From positions 1 to 62,057 of the forward strand of contig JBEKXF010000018.1 in assembly GCA_049512315.1 (NCBI GenBank): a DNA stretch of 62,057 nt, in the 5' to 3' direction. Origin of the DNA: Candidatus Aminicenantales bacterium (lineage in GTDB: Bacteria; Acidobacteriota; Aminicenantia; Aminicenantales; Saccharicenantaceae). How positions within the stretch are numbered: the first letter of the stretch is position 1; each line of letters opens with the position of its first letter. Both the position numbers and the translations under genes were made by a program. Below are positions 8,087 through 18,369 of this stretch, piece by piece. The notes beneath the pieces were generated by a model that saw only the letters and a list, made by a program, of their open reading frames with translations, had not been told where the DNA came from and did no database searches.

Positions 8087-9607
8087 ATGCTGTTCAAGAT
8101 CTCAAGCGCTTCGCTTCTCGGGATCGAGGGATACCCGGTCGAGGTTGAAGTTGACATTTCTGCGGGGCTGCCGACGTTCGTCACCGTCGGGCTTCCGGAC
8201 CCCGCCGTCCGGGAGAGCAAGGAGCGGGTCCGGGGCGCGCTCAAGAATTGCGGCTGGGATATCGAGTCCCGGAAGGTCACGATCAACCTGGCCCCGGCCG
8301 ACCGTAAAAAAGAAGGCTCCGCGTTCGACCTGCCGATCGCCCTCGGGTTTCTCGCCTACCTCGACGTCGTGCCTGGCGACCGGCTCCACGATTTTCTTTT
8401 CGTCGGCGAACTGGCTCTCGACGGGCGGCTGAAACCGGCCCGCGGGGTCCTGCCGATCGCCCTGATGGCCAAGAAGGCCGGCTTCCAGGGGATCGTCGTC
8501 CCCCAGGCCAACGCCAGGGAAGCGGCCCTGGTCCCGGACCTGCCGGTGTTCGGGCTCGAGAACCTTATCCAAGTCGTCCGCTTCCTCGCGGCCCCCGGCG
8601 AGGTCGCTCCCTGCCGGTTCTCCCTCGACGACCTCGTGTCCCCGAACTCCGAGACCCTCGATTTCGATGAGGTCAAGGGCCAGTACCACGTCAAGAGGGC
8701 GCTCGAGGTGGCCGCCGCAGGGGCCCACAACCTCCTCCTCATCGGACCGCCCGGCGCCGGGAAGACGATGCTCGCCCGGAGGCTGCCGACCATCCTGCCC
8801 GAGATGACGTTCGACGAGATGGTCGAGGTGACCCAGGTCTGGAGCGCCGCCGGCCTCCTCCACGAGGCGGGCGCCGTGAGCCGCCGGCCGTTCCGGGCCC
8901 CGCACCACACGATCACCGACCCGGCCCTGATCGGCGGTGGGCTCGTGCCCAGGCCGGGGGAGGTGAGCTTGGCCCATCGCGGGGTCCTGTTCCTCGATGA
9001 ACTGCCCGAGTTCCGGAGGCGGGTCCTCGAGGACCTCCGGCAGCCCATCGAGGACGGCCGGGTCACGGTTTCCCGCTCGGCGATGAGCGCCGTCTTCCCC
9101 TCATCGTTCATGCTGGTGGCGGCCATGAACCCCTGCGAGGACGTTTTTCGCGGGCTGGCCGGGTCGAAAGGCGGCTGTACCGAAAGCGAGAAGGCCCGCT
9201 ATTACTCGAGGATCTCGGGACCCCTCCTCGACCGGATCGACATCCAGGTCGAGGTCCCCGAGGTCAAGTTCCGCGACATCGTTTCCCGGACGCCGGCCGA
9301 ATGCTCGGCCTCGATCCGGACCCGGGTGACGGCGGCGAGAGAGAGGCAACTCGTCCGATTCAAGGGGCGGAAAATTTACGCCAACGCCCGGATGGAACCG
9401 AAGGACATCAAGCGCCACTGCGCGATCCCGGACGAGGCCGAAAAGCTCCTCGAGACGGCTGTAACCCGGCTCGGCTTCAGCGCCCGGGCCTACGACCGCA
9501 TCCTCAAAGTCGCCCGGACGATCGCCGACCTCGAGGCCAGGGACACGATTGCAACCGTCCACGTCTCCGAGGCGGTCCAATACCGGATGATGGACAAGTT
9601 CCGATAA
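8087..9607 (+). CDS. comM: YifB/ComM family Mg-chelatase-like AAA+ ATPase
   Basis: VGLPDPAVRESKERV, GPPGAGKT, PFRAPHHT, GVLFLDE, SGPLLDRID, SARAYDRILKVARTIADL. Confidence 0.92.
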   Translation: MLFKISSASLLGIEGYPVEVEVDISAGLPTFVTVGLPDPAVRESKERVRGALKNCGWDIESRKVTINLAPADRKKEGSAFDLPIALGFLAYLDVVPGDRLHDFLFVGELALDGRLKPARGVLPIALMAKKAGFQGIVVPQANAREAALVPDLPVFGLENLIQVVRFLAAPGEVAPCRFSLDDLVSPNSETLDFDEVKGQYHVKRALEVAAAGAHNLLLIGPPGAGKTMLARRLPTILPEMTFDEMVEVTQVWSAAGLLHEAGAVSRRPFRAPHHTITDPALIGGGLVPRPGEVSLAHRGVLFLDELPEFRRRVLEDLRQPIEDGRVTVSRSAMSAVFPSSFMLVAAMNPCEDVFRGLAGSKGGCTESEKARYYSRISGPLLDRIDIQVEVPEVKFRDIVSRTPAECSASIRTRVTAARERQLVRFKGRKIYANARMEPKDIKRHCAIPDEAEKLLETAVTRLGFSARAYDRILKVARTIADLEARDTIATVHVSEAVQYRMMDKFR

Positions 9608-9618
9608 TGCCCGGGCCG

Positions 9619-9650
9619 AATTATGGTGGCACATAACTCATTACCGAATT
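9619..9650 (+). repeat. Solo REP-like copy related to the RAYT terminal repeats
   Basis: AATTATGGTGGCACATAACTCATTACCGAATT matches 60538-60569 at 27/32 positions. Confidence 0.75.
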
Positions 9651-9777
9651 AAGCAGAGGCTCCTTTATAATGTATTGGGCAGGGCGTCACCGAAATCCTT
9701 GACGAGAAGATCGAAAGGTGATAACAAACTGAGACCAGAGGCTGATGGAGTGAGTTAAGAACTCTGGAGGTTTCAGC

Positions 9778-10395
9778 ATGAAAGCAATACCCATAAAAAG
9801 ACCGTTTTTAGCCGCCTTGCTCCTGCTTCCCGTCTTAACTTGGGCCCAGGGGCAGGAGCTCCGGACCATCAAATTAAATGAACCGAACAAGACGCGGGGG
9901 CTGCCCGTCATGCAGGCCCTGTCCGTCAGGGCCTCCGTCAGGGATTGGTCCGATAAGGATTTCAGCCTCCAGGATCTGTCCGACCTGTTGTGGGCCGCCG
10001 GCGACTATCGAAACGAGATCGGCATGCGGCCGGGCGGCGGGCCGGGCGGCGCGCCGAGGGCAAAACCGGAAGGTTCGCCCCCGACAGGAACCAAGCCGGA
10101 AGGTCCTCCGGGAGCCAAGCCGGGCGGCCCGCAGTCTACCGCGCCCATTCTGCTGGTCCTGGTATCGGATATTTCCCGGTTCGGCGGCGGAACTCCGGAA
10201 TTGAAAAAAGAATGGGGGGCCATTGATACGGGAATCGTCTCGCAGAATATCTCGCTGTTTTGCGCCGCGACGGGAATGGCCACGAGACCCCGCGCTGGAA
10301 TGAACCATGACCGGATCAAGGAGCTCCTGAAGCTGAAAGATACCCAATACGCCATGCTGAACCATCCGATCGGGTATCCGAAAAAAGCCGGGTGA
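9778..10395 (+). CDS. Secreted SagB/ThcOx-like nitroreductase-family protein with apparent internal in-frame deletion and a Pro/Gly-rich insert (possible pseudogene)
   Basis: Signal peptide, MQALSVRASVR, LSDLLWAA, IDTGIVSQNISLFCAATG; lacks the RTAPSA-containing segment expected after LWAA. Confidence 0.7.
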   Translation: MKAIPIKRPFLAALLLLPVLTWAQGQELRTIKLNEPNKTRGLPVMQALSVRASVRDWSDKDFSLQDLSDLLWAAGDYRNEIGMRPGGGPGGAPRAKPEGSPPTGTKPEGPPGAKPGGPQSTAPILLVLVSDISRFGGGTPELKKEWGAIDTGIVSQNISLFCAATGMATRPRAGMNHDRIKELLKLKDTQYAMLNHPIGYPKKAG

Positions 10396-10418
10396 CAAGT
10401 CCCTCTTAAGGAGAAACC

Positions 10419-11804
10419 ATGGACCAGAATATTCAAGCCTGCGCGTCTGTCGATAAGACGAAGATCGCCCTGCCGCGAGTCCTCAGCCTCTGGGACGTCA
10501 TCATGATCGTCGTCGGCGGCGTCATCGGCTCGGGGATTTTCCTCTCGCCGTCGGAGATCGCCTCGGCCGTTCCCGCCCCGCTCTTGATGCTCGGGGTCTG
10601 GGTCGTCGGCGGCATGTTCAGCTTCTTCGGCGCCGTCGCCTTCGCCGAGCTCGGCGCGGCCATGCCCGAGGCCGGCGGCATTTACATCTACCTCCGGGAG
10701 GCCTACGGCCCGTTGCTGTCCTTTCTCTTCGGCTGGACCCTCTTCCTTGTCATCGACTCGGGGTCCATCGCCACCCTGGCCGTCGCTTTCTCCCATAACA
10801 TGTTGCCCCGCTTCGTCGACATGACGCAGCTTACGAAGCAGCTCATCGCCGCAGGCTTCGTCGCCTTCCTGGGCGCCGTCAACTACGTCGGCGTGCGCTG
10901 GGGCTCCCGTCTCCAGAACGTCCTGACCTACATCAAGACGGGCGCCATCGGCATCGTCGTCGTGGCCGTCTTCTTCTTCACCAAGGGCCACGGCCATCCC
11001 GCGAATTTCGTGGAACCCGGCCCCGGCCCCTTCAACCTCCCCCTTCTGGGGGCGTTCGGCGTCGGCCTGGTCGCTTCCCTCTGGGCGTACAAGGGCTGGG
11101 AAGCGGCGACATACAGCGCGGGCGAGGTCAAGAATCCCCGCCGTAACCTGCCTCTCGGCATCCTTATCGGAACGATCACGGTCATCGTCCTCTACGTCCT
11201 GGCCAACCTGGCCTACCTCTACGTCCTGCCGGTCGGCAAGATCGCCGCGTCCGAAGGCCGGGTCGCGCTCGAGGCCATGGAGATCGTCACCGGGCCGTTC
11301 GGGGCTTCCCTCATTGCCTTCCTGATCCTGTTCTCGATCCTGGGCGCCGCGAACCAGAACATGCTGACCTCGCCCCGCGTCTATTTCGCCATGGCTCGCG
11401 ACGGCATGTTCTTCAAGAAGATCGCCGAGTGCCACCCGAAATTCCTGACCCCCCACATCTCGATCATCGCCATCACCGTCTGGAGCATCCTCCTCACCCT
11501 GACGGGGACGTTCAAGCAGCTCTTCACCTACGTCATCTTCGGCGAGTGGATCTTCTTCGGCCTGACGGTCGCCGCGGTCATCGTCCTGCGCAAGAAGCGG
11601 CCGGATCTTGACAGGCCTTATAAAACCTGGGGCTACCCGGTGACGCCGATAATCTTCGTCCTGGCCGCGGTCTATGTCGCCGTGGGGGCGCTCCTCGGCT
11701 CCTTCAAAAACGCCATGTTCGGACTGCTGATCATCTGCCTCGGCATCCCGGCCTACCTTTACTGGAAGGGAAAGCTCGCCAAGGCCGGACCGTCCGCGTC
11801 CTGA
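10419..11804 (+). CDS. APC-family amino acid permease
   Basis: IGSGIFLSP, AELGAAMPEAGGIYIYL, WAYKGWE, EVKNPRRNLP; about 12 hydrophobic segments. Confidence 0.92.
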   Translation: MDQNIQACASVDKTKIALPRVLSLWDVIMIVVGGVIGSGIFLSPSEIASAVPAPLLMLGVWVVGGMFSFFGAVAFAELGAAMPEAGGIYIYLREAYGPLLSFLFGWTLFLVIDSGSIATLAVAFSHNMLPRFVDMTQLTKQLIAAGFVAFLGAVNYVGVRWGSRLQNVLTYIKTGAIGIVVVAVFFFTKGHGHPANFVEPGPGPFNLPLLGAFGVGLVASLWAYKGWEAATYSAGEVKNPRRNLPLGILIGTITVIVLYVLANLAYLYVLPVGKIAASEGRVALEAMEIVTGPFGASLIAFLILFSILGAANQNMLTSPRVYFAMARDGMFFKKIAECHPKFLTPHISIIAITVWSILLTLTGTFKQLFTYVIFGEWIFFGLTVAAVIVLRKKRPDLDRPYKTWGYPVTPIIFVLAAVYVAVGALLGSFKNAMFGLLIICLGIPAYLYWKGKLAKAGPSAS

Positions 11805-11814
11805 GCGGCCGGGC

Positions 11815-12249
11815 ATGAAATATTTTGTATTCGGCCCGACCTACGTCATCCGCCTGGACGACGGGGAGAGGATCATTGATTCGCTCCGGGCCCTCTGCGA
11901 ACAGGATAAGATCGGGGCGGGGGTGATCAGCGGCCTCGGCGCGGTCCGCGAGGCCGAGCTCGGCTGGTTCGACCGCAAGGCCAAAGACTACTGCACGGTC
12001 CTCATCCAGGAACCCTGCGAGATCGTCTCCCTCCACGGGAATATCTCCCTCCTCGACGGCAAACCGTTCCTCCACTGCCACATCGCTCTGGGGGACAGGT
12101 CGTTCGGGGTCCGGGGAGGGCATCTGCGGGAGGCCGTCGTTTCGGCAGCCTGCGAGATCACCCTGACGCGGTTTTTCGATGAGATCGGACGGAGGAGGGA
12201 CGAGACGACAGGCGCCTGCCTTCTCGACCTGAAGCCCGACGGGGATTGA
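11815..12249 (+). CDS. DUF296/PPC-domain protein
   Basis: IRLDDGE, EIVSLHGNIS, HCHIALGD, GGHL. Confidence 0.88.
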   Translation: MKYFVFGPTYVIRLDDGERIIDSLRALCEQDKIGAGVISGLGAVREAELGWFDRKAKDYCTVLIQEPCEIVSLHGNISLLDGKPFLHCHIALGDRSFGVRGGHLREAVVSAACEITLTRFFDEIGRRRDETTGACLLDLKPDGD

Positions 12250-12272
12250 CCCGGCGCCGACCTGCGGAACAT

Positions 12273-12337
12273 ATTTCGGGGACACGATCCCAATGTCCGG
12301 AGAAATTGGGTCATGTCCCCGAAATTCCCGTAATTCC
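12273..12337. repeat. REP-doublet-like inverted repeat between convergent genes
   Basis: ATTTCGGGGACACGATCCCAAT (12273-12294) pairs with ATTGGGTCATGTCCCCGAAAT (12305-12325). Confidence 0.75.
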
Positions 12338-12385
12338 TGATCCGGATAAGGTTGAGAACGTAGAACCCCGGTCTGATCCGGCCGT

Positions 12386-13669
12386 TCATCGGGCGGCGTC
12401 CACCTTCCGGCCGTCCTTCACCACGACTTTCCCGTTCTTGAGGACATGACGGACGGGGTTTCTCCCCAGCTGATAAACTAGGGAGATATAATCGGCCACG
12501 TCCAGGAGCAGGAGGTCCAACTTCTTTCCGGGTTCGAGCGTCCCCACATCGTCGTGACGGTCGATAGCGTAGGCCGCGTTGGCCGTGCAGGCGTTGAAGG
12601 CCTCCTCGACCCCCATCCGGAGCGTGTAGACGCCCAGCTGGAGGACGAAGAGCATGGAGAGGAGGTGCGAGCTCCCGGGATTGAAGTCCGTGGCCAGGGC
12701 AACGACGGCCCCGGCGTCGATGAGCCGCCGCGCCGGCGCCCGCTTGTCCATCATCAGGAAAAAGGAGACGCCGGGGAGGAGAATGGCCGCCGTCCCGGCC
12801 GCGGCCAGCTTCCGGATCCCCTCGTCGGAAACAACGATGAGGTGCTCCGCGGAAACCGCCCCCAAGCGGGCCGCCAGTTCGGCCCCGCCGAGGGTGACGA
12901 ACTCGTCGGCGTGGACCTTGACCTTGAAGCCTGCGTCCTTAGCCGCCCGGATGAGGGCGGCCGTCTCGTCCAGGGAGAAGATTCCCGGCTCGCAGAAGAC
13001 GTCGAAGAACTCCGCCAGGCCCCGGCGTCTCACTTCGGGGATGAGGGTTCGGATAAGGAGGTCGATATACTCATCCCTGCGGTCCCGGAATTCCGGCGGG
13101 ATCTCGTGGGCGCCCATGAAGGTGGGGACGACGTCCACGGGATGGAGCGGGCCGAGGTCCCTCAGGACCTCGAGCTGCTTGATCTCGTCGTCGACGTTCA
13201 GGCCGTAGCCGCTCTTGGCTTCGACGGTCGTTGTCCCGGTGAGGAGCATTTCGTCGAGTCGCCGCAGGCAGAGGGCGCGGAGCTCGTCCCTGGTCGCGGC
13301 CCGGGTGGCCTTGACCGTTGTCTGGATGCCCATGCCCTTCGCGGCCAGGTCCTGGTAGGTCCAGCCCTGGAGCCGGAGCCCGAATTCCCGCTCCCGGTCC
13401 CCGGCGAAGGGGAGGTGGGTGTGGGAGTCGACGAAGCCCGGGCAGCCCACCATCCCGCTCGCGTCGATCCACGTGGCGTCGCCGGTCGCCCGGACGTTGG
13501 CCCGACACTCCCGCTCGGTCCCGATGAAAACGATCCGGCCCCGCTCGGACGCGATCCAGCCGTTCTCGACGACGCCGAGGTCGCGGAGGGCCTCCTTGCG
13601 CTTGGGAACGGGCCCCCCGCAGGTCAGGAGCTGGCGGCAGCCGGCGACGACGCAATCAGCCGATATCAT
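12386..13669 (-). CDS. hutI: Imidazolonepropionase
   Basis: [47 protein letters not shown]. Confidence 0.93.
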   Translation of the reverse strand: MISADCVVAGCRQLLTCGGPVPKRKEALRDLGVVENGWIASERGRIVFIGTERECRANVRATGDATWIDASGMVGCPGFVDSHTHLPFAGDREREFGLRLQGWTYQDLAAKGMGIQTTVKATRAATRDELRALCLRRLDEMLLTGTTTVEAKSGYGLNVDDEIKQLEVLRDLGPLHPVDVVPTFMGAHEIPPEFRDRRDEYIDLLIRTLIPEVRRRGLAEFFDVFCEPGIFSLDETAALIRAAKDAGFKVKVHADEFVTLGGAELAARLGAVSAEHLIVVSDEGIRKLAAAGTAAILLPGVSFFLMMDKRAPARRLIDAGAVVALATDFNPGSSHLLSMLFVLQLGVYTLRMGVEEAFNACTANAAYAIDRHDDVGTLEPGKKLDLLLLDVADYISLVYQLGRNPVRHVLKNGKVVVKDGRKVDAAR

Positions 13670-14873
13670 GGGGCGTTTTTCTCAGGGACGAGTGCTTGGT
13701 CCTGCGGATGAAGGACGGGGTCTCGTAGGAATCCCACTGCTTGTCGCTGAAGCCCGGCTCCCAGGCCGGCGCGCCACCGCTCTTGGGCTCGAAGATGTAG
13801 GTCGGCGTGTCCTGCCGGACGGGGAAGGGGGGCGGCGTCTTGCCCCGGGCCGGCGTCCGGGCCGGGGGCTCGGCCGGTCCGAGCTCCTTCACCGGGCTCT
13901 CATCGAAGCCCGTCGCGATCACGGTCACCTTTACGGTATCTTTCATGCTCTCGTCGATGACCGTGCCGAAAATGATGTTGGCCTCCGGGTCGGCCAGGCT
14001 GTGGATGAGCTGGGACGCTTTGGAGACCTCGTGAAGGGTCATGTCCTTTCCGCCCGTGATGTTGATGAGGACCCCGTGCGCGCCTTCGATGGACGTGTCC
14101 ACGAGGAGCGGGCTGGAGATGGCCTTCTGGGCTGCGTCGAGGGCCCGGCTCTCGCCCGAGGCGAGCCCGGTGCCCATGAAGGCGACGCCCATGCCTTTCA
14201 TGACGGATTTGACGTCGGCGAAGTCCAGGTTGATCAGCCCGGGCTTGGTAATGAGGTCGGAGATGCCCTGGGCCGCCTGCCTCAGGATGTCGTCGGCCAT
14301 CCGGAAGGCGTCCTGGATGGACGTGTTGAGGTTGACCGTCTGGAGGAGCCGCTCGTTCGGGATGGCGATGACCGTGTCCACGGCCGACTTGAGCTCCGCG
14401 AGCCCGTCCTCCGCCTGCTTGGCCCGGACCCGGCCTTCGAACTCGAAGGGCAGGGTGACGATGGCGATCACGAGGATGTCCATCTCGGCGGCCAGGTTGG
14501 CGATGATGGGCGTCGAGCCCGTCCCCGTGCCGCCGCCCAGGCCGGCCGTCAGGAAGACCATGTCGGCGCCCTGGAGGATCTCGATCAGGCGCTCCGTGTC
14601 CTCCATGGCCGCCTGTTTTCCGACCTCGGGATGCCCGCCCGAGCCGAGGCCCTTGGTCAGCTGGTGGCCGATCTGGATCTTCGTCCGCGACCGGTTGGTG
14701 TTCAGGGCCTGGAGGTCCGTGTTGACGGCGATGAACTCGACGCCTTGGACGCCGTGGTCGATCATCCGGTTCACGGCGTTCCCTCCGCCCCCGCCGAGGC
14801 CGACGACCTTGATCTTGGCCCCGAGGTGGTCCTCGACCAGGTGGAATTTCAGTCTGCCGGCGTCATCACTCAT
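13656..14873 (-). CDS. ftsZ: Cell division protein FtsZ
   Basis: [22 protein letters not shown] tubulin signature, INLDFADV, C-terminal ETPSFIRR. Confidence 0.98.
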   Translation of the reverse strand: MSDDAGRLKFHLVEDHLGAKIKVVGLGGGGGNAVNRMIDHGVQGVEFIAVNTDLQALNTNRSRTKIQIGHQLTKGLGSGGHPEVGKQAAMEDTERLIEILQGADMVFLTAGLGGGTGTGSTPIIANLAAEMDILVIAIVTLPFEFEGRVRAKQAEDGLAELKSAVDTVIAIPNERLLQTVNLNTSIQDAFRMADDILRQAAQGISDLITKPGLINLDFADVKSVMKGMGVAFMGTGLASGESRALDAAQKAISSPLLVDTSIEGAHGVLINITGGKDMTLHEVSKASQLIHSLADPEANIIFGTVIDESMKDTVKVTVIATGFDESPVKELGPAEPPARTPARGKTPPPFPVRQDTPTYIFEPKSGGAPAWEPGFSDKQWDSYETPSFIRRTKHSSLRKTPHDIG

Positions 14874-14883
14874 GTTTGCCTCC

Positions 14884-16107
14884 TTATCCTTCCTTGAACC
14901 ATTCTTTGAATTTTGTGAACGTGCCCTTTTTTCTGTCCCTGGACAGGCCTCTCTCCTGCCAGATATGAAAACCGTACAGGGTGAGTCCGACCGATGTTGC
15001 GAAATCCGGCGTCGAGACCCGGTCGACCAGGCCGCCGACGCCGCTCGGGTCGCCCCGGCGCACCGGGAGGTCGAAGATCTCCTCGGCGACCTCCTCCAGG
15101 CCCTCGAGGAGGGCCGTGCCGCCGGTCAGGACGATCCCGGAGTTCAGCGATTTGTCGTAGCCCATCCTCTTGATGTCGGAGTCCACGAGCCGGAAGATCT
15201 CCTCCGCCCGGGGCTGGATGATGTCGGCCAGGAGCTGGCGGGACAGGACCCGCGGCTTCCGGCCCTTGCCGACCGAGGGAACCTCGATCGTCTCCTGTTC
15301 CTCGACGAGGGGGCCGGCGACGCAGCCGTATTTTTTCTTGATCTTCTCGGCCTCGGGGATGGGCGTCCGGAGGCCGACGGCGATATCGTTCGTGACGTTG
15401 TCCCCGCCGATGGGGATGGTCGAGGTGTACCAGAGGCTGCCGCGCTCGAAGATGGCGACCTCGGTCGTCCCGGCGCCGATGTCGATCTGGCCGACGCCGA
15501 GCTCCCTCTCGTCGGAGGTCAGGATGGAATAGGACGTCGCGATCTGGTTGAGGACGATCTCCTCGATGCCGATCCCGGCCCGCTCGATGCAGCTCTTGAG
15601 GTTCTGGACCGACGTCAGGGCGGCCGTGATGATGTGGACGTTGACCTCGAGCTTGATGCCGCTCATGCCCGCGGGGTCCTTGATGCCGTCCTGGTCGTCG
15701 ACGATGAACTCCTGGGGGATGATGTGGATGATCTCCCGGTCGGGCGGGATGGGGATGGCCTTGGATTGGTCGACGACCCGCCGGACGTCCTCCCGGGTGA
15801 TCTCCCGGTTCTTCCCGGAGGCGGCGACGACGCCCTTGCTGTTGAAGCTCTTGATGTGGGCTCCGGAGATGCCGAAGAAGGCGGAGCCGATCTCGACCCC
15901 GGCCATGAGCTCGGCCTCTTCCTGGGCTTTTTTGATGGCCGACGTCGTCGCCTCGAGGTCCACGACGACGCCCTTCCGGAGCCCGTGCGAGTCCGCGGTG
16001 CCGATGCCGATGATCTCGACCTTGCGCTCGTCGGTGATCTCGCCGATGATGGCGACGACCTTTCTCGTCCCGATGTCGAACCCAGTGATGTAGGTGCTCT
16101 TGGCCAT
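14884..16107 (-). CDS. ftsA: Cell division protein FtsA
   Basis: [32 protein letters not shown]. Confidence 0.97.
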   Translation of the reverse strand: MAKSTYITGFDIGTRKVVAIIGEITDERKVEIIGIGTADSHGLRKGVVVDLEATTSAIKKAQEEAELMAGVEIGSAFFGISGAHIKSFNSKGVVAASGKNREITREDVRRVVDQSKAIPIPPDREIIHIIPQEFIVDDQDGIKDPAGMSGIKLEVNVHIITAALTSVQNLKSCIERAGIGIEEIVLNQIATSYSILTSDERELGVGQIDIGAGTTEVAIFERGSLWYTSTIPIGGDNVTNDIAVGLRTPIPEAEKIKKKYGCVAGPLVEEQETIEVPSVGKGRKPRVLSRQLLADIIQPRAEEIFRLVDSDIKRMGYDKSLNSGIVLTGGTALLEGLEEVAEEIFDLPVRRGDPSGVGGLVDRVSTPDFATSVGLTLYGFHIWQERGLSRDRKKGTFTKFKEWFKEG

Positions 16108-16979
16108 TATTCGGCCTCCTTTTGAGACTTGGCGGGCGGGGCGTCGGCCTGCGGCCCCCGGGGCCGGACGATCACCCGGCCGTCGAAGCGCAGGTCGACG
16201 GTGTCAAAAGCCCCGAACTCGCCTTCCCACACTTCCCTGTGGGCCGCGAAAAAGTCCAGCCTCTCCCGGACGAACGTTCCGTCTAGGATAAAGCGCAGAG
16301 GGTCCTCCCTGAACTGGAGCGTGATCCGGCCGTCGTCCGAACATTCGAGGGTGGCGAGCCGGGCCCTTTCGGCGGGGGACAGGCCTTCGAGGCAGGCCCT
16401 GGCGGTCTCCCATTTCTCCTCGAAGCGGTTGAGGAACGAGCCTTCATCCCTGACCACGGGCAGGGCCCACTCTCCGACGGGGACGGACGGCTCGAGGACG
16501 GTCCCGTCCTCGGCCAGGAGCGACAGGCTCCCCCTTTCGAGAAGGGCGAAGGGAACCCTTTCTGTGATCTCGATCTTCAGGGCGGACGGGAAGACCTTCT
16601 GGACGCGGGCGTCCTTGACCCAGGAGTAGGACTTGAGCTCCTTCTGGAGAAGCGGGAGGTCGCAGAGCAGGACGTTGCCGAGGGGGCGGGACGAGAGGTA
16701 CCGGCCGATGGTCCGGCGCACCCGCTCGCGGCCGCCGCGGAGCTCGTAGGTCCGGATCGTCAGCCTGTCCCAGGAAACGAGGAAGAGATACGTCCTTTCG
16801 AGGGCGAAGAAGAAGGCGGCCAGAACGGCGAACAGGGCCAGGACATGCTTGGGGCGAAGGGTCAGCCTTTTCCGGCTTCTTTGCAGAGAGGGGAACCCGT
16901 GGCCTCGCTGGAAGACCAGCGGCCGGCTGCCAAGGGCGATCCCTTTGCCGCCGGACCCGTGATCGATCAAAGTGGCCAT
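16107..16979 (-). CDS. ftsQ: Cell division protein FtsQ/DivIB
   Basis: Single TM helix, POTRA motif WVKDARVQKVFPSALKIEITER, C-terminal VDLRF; position before ftsA. Confidence 0.85.
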   Translation of the reverse strand: MATLIDHGSGGKGIALGSRPLVFQRGHGFPSLQRSRKRLTLRPKHVLALFAVLAAFFFALERTYLFLVSWDRLTIRTYELRGGRERVRRTIGRYLSSRPLGNVLLCDLPLLQKELKSYSWVKDARVQKVFPSALKIEITERVPFALLERGSLSLLAEDGTVLEPSVPVGEWALPVVRDEGSFLNRFEEKWETARACLEGLSPAERARLATLECSDDGRITLQFREDPLRFILDGTFVRERLDFFAAHREVWEGEFGAFDTVDLRFDGRVIVRPRGPQADAPPAKSQKEAE

Positions 16980-16980
16980 G

Positions 16981-18369
16981 TCAGGTCCGGGCCTCAAGTC
17001 TGGCGATGATGTCCGGGATGATCCGGTTGACGTTCCCGGCCCCGAGGATGATGAGCATGTCGCCCGGCGCCGCGACCTTCTCGACAAGGGCAGGGATACT
17101 CTTGAGGTCGGGCTCGAAGCGGACGTTCTTGTGGCCGAACTGCCGGACCTCATCGAACAGAGCCCGGCCCGAAACGCCGGGGATGGGATCCTCGCCGGCC
17201 GGATAGATCTCGGTCAGGACGAGCACGTCGGCCTGGTCGAAGGAGGTGGCGAACTGGGTCATGAGCTTGGAGAGCCGGGTGTAGCGGTGGGGCTGGAAGA
17301 CGGCCACCACGCGGCGCGTCCAGCCCCGCCTGGCGGCCTCGAGGGTCGCCTTGATCTCGGTCGGGTGATGGGCATAATCCTCGATGACCATGATATCCCC
17401 GACGGTCTTCCTGAGCTCGAACCGGCGGCCCGTCCCCGTGTAGTTCCCCAGGGCCTCGAGGATGGTCTCGGCCGGGATCCCCAGGTCGAGCCCGACGGCC
17501 GTCGCGGCCATGGCGTTCGAGATGTTGTGCAAGCCGGGAACCTGGAGCCTGAGGTCGCCGAGCTTTTTCCCCTTGTAGAAAACGACCGACGAGCTCCGGA
17601 AACCGTCGAACCCGAAGTCCCGGGCCGAGACGTCGGACGGAGCGGAGAACCCGTAGGTGATAATCTTCCGCTCGATCTCCGGGATGATCCCCTGGAGGTT
17701 GGGGTCGTCGAGGCAAAGGATGACCGGGCAGTAGAAGGGGACCTTGTTGGCGAAGTTGACGAAGGTCTTCTTGATGTCGTCGAGGCTCCGGTACTGGTCC
17801 AGGTGTTCCTCGTCGATGTTCGTCAGGACGGCGATGAAGGGGGAGAGGTAGAGGAAAGACCGGTCGCTCTCGTCCGCCTCGGCCACGATGAAGTCGCCGG
17901 CGCCGAGCTTGGCGTTGGCCCCGATCGTGTTCAGCCGGCCGCCGACGATGATCGTCGGGTCGTATCCGCCCGCTTCGAGGACCAGGGCTGTCATGGAGGT
18001 CGTGGTCGTCTTGCCGTGGGACCCGGCGACGGCGATGCCGTATTTCATGCGCATGAGCTCGGCCAGCATCTCCGCCCGGGGGATGACCGGGATGAGCCGG
18101 GCCCTGGCCCGCTGGACCTCGACGTTGTCTTCGCGGACCGCCGAGGAGATGACGACGACGTCCGCGGCCTTGACGTTTTCGGCCTTGTGGCCGATGGAAA
18201 TGTCGGCGCCGAGGCGGGCCAGCCTCTGTGTCGCCTCGTTCTCCTGCAGGTCGGAGCCCGAGACCCGATAGCCGAGGTTGAGGAGGACTTCGGCGATCCC
18301 GTTCATGCCCGTCCCCCCGATTCCCACCATATGGATATGGTTCAGCTTGCGGTAGACTTTTTTCGTCAT
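16981..18369 (-). CDS. murC: UDP-N-acetylmuramate--L-alanine ligase
   Basis: HMVGIGGTGM, GSHGKTTTT, EADESD, DYAHHPTE, FQPHRYTR. Confidence 0.97.
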   Translation of the reverse strand: MTKKVYRKLNHIHMVGIGGTGMNGIAEVLLNLGYRVSGSDLQENEATQRLARLGADISIGHKAENVKAADVVVISSAVREDNVEVQRARARLIPVIPRAEMLAELMRMKYGIAVAGSHGKTTTTSMTALVLEAGGYDPTIIVGGRLNTIGANAKLGAGDFIVAEADESDRSFLYLSPFIAVLTNIDEEHLDQYRSLDDIKKTFVNFANKVPFYCPVILCLDDPNLQGIIPEIERKIITYGFSAPSDVSARDFGFDGFRSSSVVFYKGKKLGDLRLQVPGLHNISNAMAATAVGLDLGIPAETILEALGNYTGTGRRFELRKTVGDIMVIEDYAHHPTEIKATLEAARRGWTRRVVAVFQPHRYTRLSKLMTQFATSFDQADVLVLTEIYPAGEDPIPGVSGRALFDEVRQFGHKNVRFEPDLKSIPALVEKVAAPGDMLIILGAGNVNRIIPDIIARLEART

